The notes under the pieces were generated by a model. It saw only the letters and a program-made list of their open reading frames with translations, was not told the origin of the DNA and ran no database searches. The position numbers and the translations under genes are program-made. Positions 38,991-50,542 of a DNA stretch of 64,000 nucleotides are shown here, piece after piece. The DNA lies in NCBI GenBank assembly GCA_028534125.1, contig CM052847.1:22816001-22880000 (forward strand). Reading direction: 5' to 3'. Each line of letters opens with the position of its first letter. Position 1 is the first letter of the stretch. The stretch is from Lama glama. Taxonomy: Eukaryota.

Positions 38991-39264
38991 AACAAAGCGC
39001 TGACTTCTCTGCACCAAGCCGGTGCCCCTCCTTACCCGGCACACTTAGAGTGGCTCCTGGGAGCTTCCCACGTACAACCACACGTGTTCAAATGGCAACC
39101 ATGGTACCCGCTCCCTTCCAACTGTTGTCCTTCTGATTTCTCTCTTGCTGTGTTGGCTGAGAGCTTCGGTGGACGTTACACAGCGGAGCTACAGAGGCAG
39201 CATTCTTGTTGTGTTCCTGAGTCAGAAATCCCTCAGTGTTTCCATCAAGCCTGACGCTGGAGGG

Positions 39265-39290
39265 TGTGTGTGTGTGTGTGTGTGTGTGTG
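39265..39290. repeat. (TG)13 microsatellite
   Basis: Perfect dinucleotide run. Confidence 0.98.
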
Positions 39291-41995
39291 AGATCACACT
39301 GGGGAGACCCTATTCTATTGAGTTTTTATCAAAAGCAGTTGTTGGATTATATCAGATGGCCTCTCAGTGTCTTTGGTTATAACCATGTTTTTATTGCATT
39401 TTAATTTTTTGAGATAATCCATGTTTGCATATCTGGAATAAACCCACATTACAGTAATTACTGTGTTGCCCTGTTTCTCTGATGCTTGGGTAGTATTTTA
39501 TTCATAATTTTGTATGGGTCCTCTGTAGTTCTCTGTGTGACATAGTCAGGTGGGTAGACTGGTAACATGGGCGTCTCCTCATAAAAACCACTGGACGTTT
39601 CCTCATCTTTACGGTGCCCAGGAACTCATTAAATAGCCTTGAAGTCGTCTGCTGCTTAAAAGCCGGGAGACTCGTCCTCCAGAACCAACTGGGCTCAGGG
39701 ATTTGGCGGGGAGGAGCTCTTTGATCACTTTTTTTGTCTATTCCGTGGGACCGCTATGGTGTGTTTCTAGGACCATCTCCCACATTGTCCTACGGGGAAA
39801 CAGCGTGCTCTCGTTACCCATTTTATCAGGAAGGAGGTGACCAGTAACCACCGTGCATACTTGGGGTCCACCCCGAAAGGCTGGTGAGCAGACCTCTGTC
39901 CTGAATTCGCATCCTGCTTGCTGGTCTCGGGGCAGCGGCTTGTCCCCACTTCTCCCCCCAGCACCCACATCCTCATCTCGCAAAGCAAGAGCCAGCGTGT
40001 GTGGGGACAGGAGGAGTGGCGTCTTTGGGCTTAGAACCAAGTTCTCGGGGTAGGAAGTTTCACGTCAGAGCAGCAGGCTCGTATAAAGAACTGACCACAC
40101 GCCTAGCACCATGTGGCCTTTGGGAAGCAACTTTTATTAAAAACAGAAGCTGCACTCTCGCCTGCCTGGGGTCTGCATCCCACCTCATCAGAGAAATGAC
40201 CCGGATGCAGACTTGTTGGAGAAACTGGCTATGAAACTGTCAGGAACAGACAGAACACACGCGGCCCGGAGTCCAGCACTGGGAACAAGCAGCCGCAGCA
40301 GGTAAATGCGCCAGCAGCATCCTCGGAGGTCCCGGCTCAGACTGTCACCAGCTCAGGGTGCCGCCCAGACCTCTCCTGGTGCCCTTCCTGGAATAGTTTG
40401 TGGAAATTCTGGCTCCTGCCCTCGAGCGGGGAGAAAAATGCAGCTCCCCTCACTGACCTGTGAGGTCGGCAGAAAGGAGGCCCCCAAGCACGGCGGCCCA
40501 TGAGACATTAGCAGAAACCCAGCTTCCGGCCTTCTCGTTTGTCGTCCTTTCTTTCCAGAACATCCTTTCTGTTGACAAGGTGCCTCTGACTGCTGTCTCA
40601 TGTGAAGGAGACACCAGCTCCTGCCTTGGAGTCAGGCCTATCGGGAGAGAAGGGAACTGAGGCCAAGACAGGCAGGAACATCACCACAGCGAACATCACC
40701 CTGCTTCCATGGCCAGGAACCTGGGCTCAGAGTCAGAAAATGGCCTGTTCGTGAGTCTGACCTCGGGACCGACTGCTCTTAAACAAAGAGCACGTGTGAC
40801 ACTAACGACAGCAGGGGTGCACCTGCGGCTGGTCCTCCCCGAGCGGGTCCGAGCCACGGCCACACCAGACAGACGGACGGAAGCCTCGCTGCTAGTTGTC
40901 ACCACGGACCCATGAGGTTGCCAGGAAACAGCTGTGCACAGCCCTGGGTGAGCCCAGGAGGGGAGGGGACGCAGTGGGGCTGCCCTCCTTTGCCCCTGTG
41001 GGGCCGTAAGGGGTCTCAGGACGGAAGGTGCTAGGTGGAACGGGAGGCGTCACTCCCTCCCACCTGCCCTGCGGAAAGTCTGTGCGTCGAGTCAGAAAAC
41101 TCGCAGGGCTTCCTGCAACCGCTGCCTTGCAACGTCGCGCACTGTTCTTGGGGGTGAGGCTGAGTGTCTGGAGCTCTAGAGACGAGGCCAGGGCCCTGGG
41201 CAGCTCCCGCCAGGGCCCCGCACCCTGGGCAGCGGCTGTGAGGTGCGGTCTGGAGACGGACGCGCTGGGCCAGGCGTCCTGCAGTCTCCCGCCCAGCTGC
41301 ACGTTCCCAGGAGCCGTGGCATGGGTGGCTGGGTGTGGCGCCTGCTCCTCCAACTCCTCACCGCTGGGCTCGCCCCCCAGAGGCAGGGCTGTGCTGCTTC
41401 GGGGGAGAGCCGCCGAGGCAAGGGGCCGGTTCTCACAGGCGCCCCTGCTGTCCTGGGCACAGCGCCTTCCTAGTGGAGGAAGGGCTGTCAGCCCCCATCA
41501 GCGATCTTCCAATTCAGGGGTGACTGGCCGCCCACCACAGGCCGGGGACAGGGTTCCCGGGCTTCGTCTGCGGAGTCAGGTCGGTGGCCGGGAGGGCCCT
41601 GCGCTCAGCCCATGGGAGCCGCAGGTGGAAGTCAGTGGCCAGGCCTCCTCCCGCCATGGGCCGGGCTTGTTTGGGGGTAAGTCCCACCCTGTCTGGGTCA
41701 CACACATGGGGAGACGCAGCCCTCGCGCCCATGCCCATCAGACAGAGTTGGCGCTGGAAGGCGCTCGGGGCCCGACCTGCTTTTGAGAAGTGAGCGGCGT
41801 CCCACATGACCCCTGGGCAGCACAGCCGAGCAGCGCACTCGGCCTCCCCCAGCACCTGCCCCGTGCACAGGCCTGGCTGCGTGGTGCCCCCGGCGGTGCC
41901 CTGGCTGGCGGCAGGGAGGTGAACCCTGGCTCAGGCGAAGCGGAGAGCCCAGGGGGCGGGCAGCAGCAGGTCCTAATGCCTTCTCTGTCCCACAG

Positions 41996-42164
41996 GCCTG
42001 GACGTCAGGCAAGCCCAGGTGGTCGTCCTGTCCTCGGGGACCAAGTGCATCAGTGGCGACCACATCAACGACCAGGGGCTGGTGGTCAACGACTGCCACG
42101 CAGAGATCGTGGCCAGGAGGGCGCTGGTCCACTTCCTGTACGCACAGCTGGAGCTGCACCTGAG
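41996..42164 (+). CDS. ADARB2: ADARB2 exon 5 (169 nt): (G)[55 protein letters not shown](S)
   Basis: Branch-like ctaat, then ttctctgtcccacag|GC acceptor; donor TGAG|gtgagc. Contains GTKC and the CHAE zinc/catalytic motif (42094-42105). Phase 1 to 2 is consistent with its neighbours. Confidence 0.97.
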
Positions 42165-44663
42165 GTGAGCGGGCCAGGGTGGGGGGCGCCGGGCAGGAGA
42201 TGCACAGCCACCTGCACGGCTGACAGCCAGGCCCCCGAAAGCCACGTTCTGGTCAGGCGTTGCTTCTGGGCTGGGCCTCGTCCACAGGCCCACGAGTGAC
42301 TGCAGCAGATGGTCTGCAGGTGCGCACACGTTACACGGGTCACATCCCCCACACGCACAAACACGCATGTCACGGGCCCATCCTACTGAGAAGGGCGCAG
42401 GTGCCATAGCCACGGTCACAGCTGCTGTCAGCCTGGGGGCCAGGCATCAGGGCTCAGGGAGCAGCAGGGTCAGTCCAGGGTCGTTGTGCACCCCCTCCGG
42501 GCTGGCAGGCAGCTGCCCCGCTCTGTGTCCCCACCTGGGGACAGGCCTCTTCTTACAGAGACGCTTGTCCCATCAAGGGGGCTCCACCCTCACAGACACC
42601 ACACAGGGGCTGGGGCTTCAACACACGAGTCTGGGGTGCACTCTGCCCAGAGCAGGGGGGCCGTGTGGGGTGGCGTCCCCACGACGGCAGCGCCCCGTGA
42701 GCAAAGGCCAGAGTGCACCCCATGTCAAGGAGGCCGTTCAGGGGGTGAGGGGTCAGCACAGCTGCCCGTGACCAGTGGAGTGTTTCCCGGTTCACCGCCC
42801 ACACCCTGAGGCAGGGCTGGGCAGAGGGGCGCAGAGGTGTCCCCTAGAGGAACAGCCACCGGCTCTGCTTAAACTGCCCACCCCCACCCCCAGGGTTTAA
42901 GTGAGGCCGGGGCTCCTCCCTGCATGGCCTCCAGCTGCCAGTCCCAGCACCAGCAAAGGCTGCTGTCCTGGGAGCTGGGCCTGTCCCCCCAAAACAGGCA
43001 GGGTCCCCGAGGGAGCCAGGGTGGGTCAGACAGTGATGCAGACTCCTCCCAGCCACATCAGGGGGACCGTGGTTGGTATTTCCTCGTGCATCTGACCACA
43101 GAAGTGTGGGAGAGCTTGTGCACCCTCGACTGGCCCCGGCCTGGTCCTGACACTTTCTCAGCCAAGGGACCTTCTTACCAGGCAGGTTTCTGCACAATGG
43201 CCGTGGGTCCCTCCCAGGTGCTAGGCTGTGTCTGTTGCCACCCCAGGCCTAGTCCTGGGGCCCCTGGACTCCATGACCCGGACATGCCCCCACTGTGTCC
43301 CCATGAACCCCACCCCCCCATGAGACCCAGTCCTGGACCTCATCCCAGGCACCGCAATGGAGGCGACCGGCGATGGGCTTTCTCCCGGCTTCTTGCCTTC
43401 TCCCTCCTGCGTGTCTGCCTGTTAAGGGGGGGCCTGTGATGGAGACCCTGAGCCCTGTGCCCGGATGTCAGATGCCCAGCGCTGTCGGTTCTACTGTCCC
43501 CTGGGGGTACCTCCCTCAACAACGTCCCACCTGGGAGCGGACACGCAGGGTGTTTTGCACAGTGGGGCGTCTCCGCCAGAAACACTGTCCCTCCGTGTCC
43601 TTCACTGCGGCGTCCGTCAGACCCCCTGCTGTGGCTCTCTGCGGGGGTGGGAAAGTCCAAGGAGTGACACGTGCAGCCTGGGCACGTGCAGCAGCCACGC
43701 AGGTGGGGACAGGAGGCGCCGAGCAGGCTCAAGGAAAGCAATGCCTCAGCAATGTGGCTGGCTCTTAGCTGAGCCCAGTGGGTGTTCCCCCCATGGTCCA
43801 GGCCAACGAGCACACAGAAAGTGGAAAATGGAGGTAGAATGTATCCAAGTGTGGGAAGGGTTCCTCTTCTAAATACCAACTTCCGGTCAGAGGTATTTCC
43901 AAATACCCCCACCTCCACGTGTGTCATGCTGGCTGAGGGGCTGGCATGTGCTGGCACTGTGTGTCGGGCCCCTGCCCTCGGGGGTCCAGGGGGACGAGCC
44001 TGGGCCAGGCATTTGCTCCAGGTCCAGGGAGGGGCTGGCAGCAGATGGAGCAGAGGCAGGGAAGCAGAGAGGCTGGTGGGGTGCCTCCAGGGTTTCCTGG
44101 GGAGAAAATGTCTGTTTTGCTGCCTCTGTGATCTCAGAATCCATCACCAATGGGGCAGAACGTGTAAAAAGAGCAAGACCGGCAGAAAGGAGCCGCCTGT
44201 GACTGGTGGGGACCAGGGCTGGGAGGGGATGCAGCCAGGCTCGCCCAGGGCATGACGGGGCCTCCTCACCACCAGGAGGTGGGGGAGCCTGGCCGATGCA
44301 GAAGGGAACTGTGCACTGGATTCCTCTCGGGGCTGCGGCTGAGCCCTGTTCCTCAGTCCCTGTCCTCCTGATGCAGAATGTGTGGCTCACAGGGACCACG
44401 AGCACACCCTGTGGTCCACAGAATGGGTGTGTTACACACACACAGATTCAGGGTCACACATACAAGGAAGCTGGGCTGGTGAGGGTGGGCCTGATAAGTG
44501 GCCGGCGGGGATGGTGCAGACACAGCTGCACCGCCAGCCAGGCGACAAGTTTTCTCACGATGAGAAAACCCGGCACAGGGATGACGAGGGCAGAGGCTGA
44601 GGAGGACAGCTCGGCTCGGGGTGGCATGGCCTCCTGGGCACTGACCGACCTGTCTCACCCCAG

Positions 44664-44815
44664 CAAGCGGCGGGAGGACGGTGAGCGCTCCATCTTCGTG
44701 CGGTCGCAGGAGGGCGGCTACCGGCTGCGGGAGAACACCCAGTTCCACCTGTATGTGAGCACATCCCCCTGCGGAGACGCACGGCTCAACTCGCCCCACG
44801 AAATCACCACAGACC
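44664..44815 (+). CDS. ADARB2: ADARB2 exon 6 (152 nt): (S)[50 protein letters not shown](L)
   Basis: Acceptor ctgaccgacctgtctcaccccag|C and donor GACC|gtaaga. Contains SPCGDAR with the zinc-ligand Cys at 44770-44772. Phase 2 to 1. Confidence 0.97.
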
Positions 44816-45009
44816 GTAAGAGGCCACGTTTCTACCCTTTTTACACAAACGGCCCACCTCCCCTCCCCACTCGGGCTCAGGTCCAGGCTGCGCTCAGACA
44901 CCGCTGGCGGGGCGGGTGGAGAGGGCGGGGTCTCAGCAGCGGGATGAGCTCCTCCAAGACACTGGTCTGAAGTCCCCACAGCCCCAGGAGGGGAGCAGCC
45001 AGAGACGTA

Positions 45010-45368
45010 AAACTGGTCTTGTGGGACCACGCAAAAGTGGGCTGGTGACGCGGGTTGGTACAAGAATTTACTGGAGACAGAGGACAGCAAAGGGGTTTAG
45101 TAGTTACACTGCCAGAGGCAGCAATAGCCACACGGGAGACAGGTGCCCGTGTGAGCCCCGAGCGCCAGCTGTTGGGGCCTTTTATAAGGCGGGGTCACAA
45201 GGTGCCAGATCGGCTTGTGCAAAGTGTCTGATTGCTGCAGGTGAGGTAAGAGGTTTGGGGTCCGTGAGGGGCAGTGGGGTTTAGTCTCTGGTGAGGTGGG
45301 CTGAGCTGCTGTGAGATGAGGCGTTGCCTGGGGCTATGAGTCTGTCAGGGCGAACGCGTCCAGTAACA
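45010..45368 (-). mobile_element. Probable solo ERV LTR
   Basis: On the - strand it reads TGTTACTGG start (45368), CAATC (~45230), GC box, TATAAAA (45180-45186) and an AGTAAA polyA-like signal (~45067-45072), which is U3-R-U5 order. The family was not identified and no clear TSD was seen. Confidence 0.5.
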
Positions 45369-48282
45369 AACATACTGTACCTATTGAGGTCGCAGGCAGA
45401 CCTCTGAGAGCCCAGGGATGGGGGTCGCTGGACTTGGAAGGACGTCGGTTGGCCCCACCATAGGCGCTGGGATGGCCAGGCACCCTGGCCCCCGCAGGTC
45501 AGGCAGCCGCTGTGTCCAGGACGGAGGGCAAATCTAAGCGGAACACAAACCAGGATCACATGGCGTTCGAATGGCATGGGCTCAGGTGCACTGTGTCCAC
45601 CTCCATCCGCGACACGGGGGAGAATAAAGCGCAGCCTCTTAACTCAGAGCGTGGTGCGCGGCGGGAACTGGCGTCACCCAGAAAGCTGGTGCGAACGCCC
45701 GGGCAGGACCTCCCCTCCTGGGATCCCATGAGAGCAGGGGCCCCCGCCCAGGAGGTGACACCGAGTTCCAGTGGGGAGGATGCGCTGGCTCCTCCACGCG
45801 GGTCTTGTGATGTTGGTGTCTCCCAGGTACCATCGGGAAGGTCTGTTACTGATGGCACGTGTGTAGTTACACACTCGAGTGCACACATGCACACACTGAC
45901 GTAGGCCGTGACACCGAGCACCTTATGTGACAAGGGATCTGGTCCCAACTAAGATGCTGAAGAGCCCAAGGCTCCACCGGCGCTCAGGGGACCTGCAGCA
46001 GATGACAGTCACCGAAGCGCATTTGGGCCCTGGTTGCCCCTGGAAGGTGACTGCTCCGGTCACCAAGGAGAGGCGAGAGGAGCACGCCCTGATTGCTGTG
46101 ATGGCGCCTCCGCCGAAGACAAAGACGCGCCAGGGAGGACAGCTCTTTACAGATCCCGCCTGGACGGAACCTACTGCTCTAACGCTAAGATTGGATGCAG
46201 GCCCAGAAAAGTGCCTTCTGCTTGTGCCAACCTTCCTCCAGGCCCCTGGCCTCCCCCTGGGGAGCAGCTGGACGGAAGCCCCTGCAGTGGGGTCCCAGTA
46301 ACACCCACATCGCTGCCTCAGCCCGGGCTGCCCTGCCCAGCACCGCGGGCTGGGATTCGTGGATGATAGACGGTGGGTGCCCACAGCTCAGGGGGTCGGC
46401 AGGTTCCGGGTCGGGGGACAGCCCCTGCCGGTGGGCGGTGCAGACAGTGACTCTCCCTGCATCCTCACCAGGAGGGAGCCCTCTGAGGGCGCCGAGGCGT
46501 TGCGCGAAGTGTTCCTTCAGGGCGATGCAGCCTCAGAGCAAGAACGTGTGGCGCTGACCTAACTTTTCTGGGGGCACTCATCAGGCTGGACCTGCACGTA
46601 GAACTGAGATGGGGCCCGTTGGACACCTACGTGGAATTACCTTTGCGCGTCCTCTCAGAAGTCTCGCGTGGTGAAGACCCAGCCTAGCAGCCCTCAGCCG
46701 GGAGGAAACCCCCGCAGAGCAGGCGAGGCCCTGACTCTCAGCCTCCTTTCGGGGGCCGCAGGGAGAGTGAGGCCAGCGGGGCCTCGGTCCCCACTCCGTC
46801 CCCGCCCCCCGACCGCGGTCCCTGCCGAGGGGCAGTGAAGGCTCCTCTCTTTCCCGCGTGAGTCTCTGCGCACGGCGCCTGCTGCGGCCTCCCTGGCCCT
46901 CAGTTCCAGCCTGCAGAGCTGGTAATCTAGGAGATTACCTTCCCCCGTGCGCCCTGGGGCTCACTTCCAGACTCAGGTGTCTTCACCTCGTGGTGCTTTT
47001 CAGAAGCAGCAGGTGCAGGTAGGAGGGGAAAACGCAGCGTTTTGCTCACTTTGTGCTGCTCCGGGCTATTCCGGCCGCTGCCTCTGCCAGCACTTCCTAC
47101 GGGCCGAGCCGTCCCTGGGATGCAGTGTCAGCCAGGAGTCCTGCGTCACCTCCCCACTGGGTCAGCCGGGACGAGAGAACCCAAAGGCCCCGTCCCTCCT
47201 GAAGATGAGGTGAACACTGAACGCTTGTCTGGGGCTTAAACCGCTGTCCTCCACTGTCCTCCACTCTTGCTCGCCCCCCACCCCGTCAGGGCACCCCTGC
47301 ACCCGTTTCAGAAGCTCTGCTCCCTTGGCGGCCTTCCTCAATGCCATTGTCTCCATCTCGTCTGACTCTCCCCTAAAAATGAAAGTCAGTTGAATAACTT
47401 TCTAAAGGGTTCCTACGGCGTCCGTCTCCACGGAGAGCGCTGTAGGCAGATGAGCACCACAGGGAGGGCCCTGGAGGACGGGTCAGAGGAGCGTGTTCTT
47501 CTGGGCCCGGGAGTATTTCTGTGTCCACGGCAGGCGGGGTTGCAGTGTCCCACACCACTGTCTCGGGCCCTACAGGTTATGAAGGTCAGTTCCCCGCACT
47601 TTCTGGTTGGACTGGCATTTTGTTCTGCTTCACGTGGCATCTTCGACTCCCTCCAGCCTCTCACAGTCAGGCGAGGAGGAGCCAGAGGAGACGGGACTGC
47701 AGCACTCAGACCCCAGGGCTGACGGTGCTCGGCAGGGGCGCATGGTGATGGCAGCCCGAGATTTAGCGCCCCTGAAGATAAACACTTCTCAGGAGCATCT
47801 TGTGCAAAATTGTGAAAAATTAATCTACCTGAAAACTTGAGGTTAACTCCGAGAAACCAGTTTTTAATCAAGCCAGGCCTCGGCGCTGTCACGGCGCTAA
47901 CAAGCTGCAAAGTCTGCTTCCTGGAAAGGCAGCTGCACCGGGCACTGGGTGGGGATTCAGAAGAGCTTTACGGCGTGACAGGCAAAGCTCAAGGTCTGGA
48001 AAGTGGCATAACAGCTGCAGAGAGAACATCTGGTAATTAATGCGTTCACATCAGAGAGGGAAATGAGTGCCACGTTCCCGAGAAAATATCCCCCCAACAG
48101 ACGACCTCAGTGCCTAACGTGCAGCAAACGGTGGGAGCTGTTAGCCAAGCTGGCCCCCGCCCTCTCAGTGCACCTGCCGCGGGAGGCTGACATGATAAAG
48201 ACCCTCCCCAGCAGTGGAAAAGTCAGGTTAAACCAAAGCTGCGCTCACGTGTTTTTGAGTCATGAAATATTTTGTTCAATTT

Positions 48283-48470
48283 CTCACCATCATTATCATC
48301 TTTGTCATCGTCATCATCGTCTCAGTGTCACCATCCCCATCTTCAGAGTCATCACCATCACCGTCATCACCATCAACACTGTCACCTGCATCAGCAAAAC
48401 CACCACAGTCATCACCAGCATCACCACCACGAGCATCACCATCTGCACCAGCACCACCACCATCACCACC
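48283..48470 (+). repeat. Degenerate (CAT/CAC)n trinucleotide repeat
   Basis: catcaccatcaccgtcatcaccatcaac...; it explains the poly-His/Thr/Ser ORFs in the track. Confidence 0.92.
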
Positions 48471-48912
48471 TGATCCCTAATGCCAGGTAACAGCCAAAAA
48501 GAGGTTCAGGCTCTCCCTGGGGGAGGGCTGGGCATTCCTAGGCCGTGAGCACCCAGGCTCAGTCTCTCAGCTCAGACTTTCCTTCCATGGGTGACTCAGA
48601 GGCCTGTCCAAAGTCGATCTCATCAAGCACGGGGTCGGTACCACAGCCAAAACTCAGGCCTCTCAAAAGTTTACTTTCTCCAAGGAATGCAGCAATTTTC
48701 TTCCCAGGAGAAGGCCGTTAGGTACTATGAATACACAGTAAGAGAACTTCAGTTCCTAGAAACCATGATAAACTATACTGGAAGTTACTCTGAGATCTGG
48801 AAGAGAAGGTGCCCATATAAACCCAAATGTTAGTCATTATTTGGTGCCTTCAGTGAGGGTAATTGAGGGAGAAATCTGTTTCTACAAATTCTAAATAATT
48901 TACATAGAAAAA

Positions 48913-49480
48913 TTTTTTTTACTGAACTATATAGTCAGTTTATAATGTGTTGATTTCTGGTGCACAGCAAAGTGATTCAGTCATACATACACACATTCCT
49001 CTTCATATTCTTTTCCATTTTACGTTACTACAAGGTACTGAATATAGCTCCCTGTGCTATTCAGTAGAAACATACTGTTTATCTATTTTATATATATTAG
49101 TATCTGCAAATCTCAAGCTCCCAATTTATCCCTTCCCACCCCCTTCCCCCACGGTAACCATAAGTTTGTTTTCTAAGTAAGTCTGTTTCTGTTTAGTAAG
49201 TTCATTTGTGTTTTTTTTTTAGATTCCACATATAAGTGATATCTGATAATTATCTTTCTCTGTCTTACTTCACTTAGTATGATCATCTCCAGGTCCATCC
49301 ATGTTGCTGCAAATGGCATTATTTCATTCTTTTTTATGGCTGAGTAGTATTCCAGTGTATAAGTATATCACATCTTTATCCAGTCATCTGTCAGTGGACA
49401 TTTAGGTGGCTTCCATGTCTTGACCATCGTAAATAGTGCTGCTGTGAACGCTGGGGGTGCATGGAACTTTTGAATTACAG
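48913..49480 (-). mobile_element. LINE-1 3' fragment with probable target-site duplication
   Basis: Same family as the copy at 35577. Flanked by tacatagaaaaatttt (48901) and tacatagacacttttt (49481-49496), followed by aaag, which is the canonical TT/AAAA cleavage site on the - strand. Confidence 0.92.
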
Positions 49481-50373
49481 TACATAGACACTTTTTAAAG
49501 AAAGCATTTAGGATTCATCCATGTCACCAAGTGCATGTAAATGCTGGTATCACTATGCTATTTTATGTATAATTTTATGCAAAGTAGTTAACAATTTCTA
49601 TAATATAATCCAGACTAAATGTACACAACTTTTTTAAAGAAAACAGAAGCAGATTTAATCTTCTTCTTGTTCAAGCTAGCTCTTCAAGTAAGTGTGTGTG
49701 TGGTGGGGCTCTGGGAAGGCAAGGAGGGAGGTCGGTTGACACATGCACTAAGGACCCCCAGGGGCTCCCTCACCTGTCAGGGAGCAGCGTGCCTGCCTCA
49801 CCTAGCCTCTGGGGGCAGCAGGCTCGCTCACGCGTCCTGTCTCACTCAGGCCCCTCAGGCTAAGAGGGGCCATCACTGTCCCCATTTTAGACAAAACAGC
49901 TGCACCAGTGGTTTTAACATTTCAAGGCTGTGCAGCTGTAGAGCCAGGCTCACAGACCACCATCCTACAGGGCCCACCCACCCTGTGTCTGTGTGACCTG
50001 AGCACTGGGTGTGGCTTCACGGTTTTCAATGGCTGGAAAGGGTGAAAATGATGTAGACCCCACACGTTAGTCTGCAGCAAAGTGTCACCGTCGCAGGCCC
50101 TCCACACCCGGCCCTGCTCAGCACCCGGCAGGGGGTAGGGCAGGGCCCCCTGCTGAGACGCCAGCCAGCTGAGCTGGGTGGAAAGGGGCTCTGAGCCGGC
50201 TGCAGAAGCCCCCTGCGGGCACTGACCTCCAAAACCCGAGCCCCTGGCCTAACCCTTGGCCACGGCAGGTCGTCCCGAGGTGTCTGCGGGTGTGCCCCCT
50301 CCCCTCCGCCCCTGCACTGGGGCCCCTCTGCGCCCCTGACCCCCCCGCCCCTTCCCGCGCTCTCGTCCCCTAG

Positions 50374-50542
50374 TGAGCAGCGGCAAGCCCCTGGCCAGGA
50401 AGTTCCGGGGGCACCTGCGCACGAAGATCGAGTCCGGGGAGGGGACGGTGCCGGTGCGCAGCCCGGCCGCAGTGCAGACGTGGGACGGCGTCCTGCTGGG
50501 TGAGCAGCTGGTCACCATGTCCTGCACGGACAAGATCGCCAG
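50374..50542 (+). CDS. ADARB2: ADARB2 exon 7 (169 nt): (L)[55 protein letters not shown](R)
   Basis: C-rich tract then ccctag|TG acceptor; donor CCAG|gtaacg. Contains the base-flipping loop ESGEG and MSCTDK (third zinc ligand, Cys 50523-50525). Phase 1 to 2. It is missing from the ORF track because it has no start codon of its own. Confidence 0.97.

Noticed and set aside
44206-44970. ORF extending exon 6 into both introns
   Set aside because: Only 44664-44815 is ADAR-like and it has proper splice sites; the extensions look random.
46921-46939. Perfect 8-bp hairpin ggtaatct-agg-agattacc (a similar one lies at 16614-16632)
   Set aside because: Several 8-bp stems are expected by chance in 64 kb.
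48063-48490. Poly-His/Thr/Ser ORFs
   Set aside because: Translations of a degenerate CAY trinucleotide repeat.
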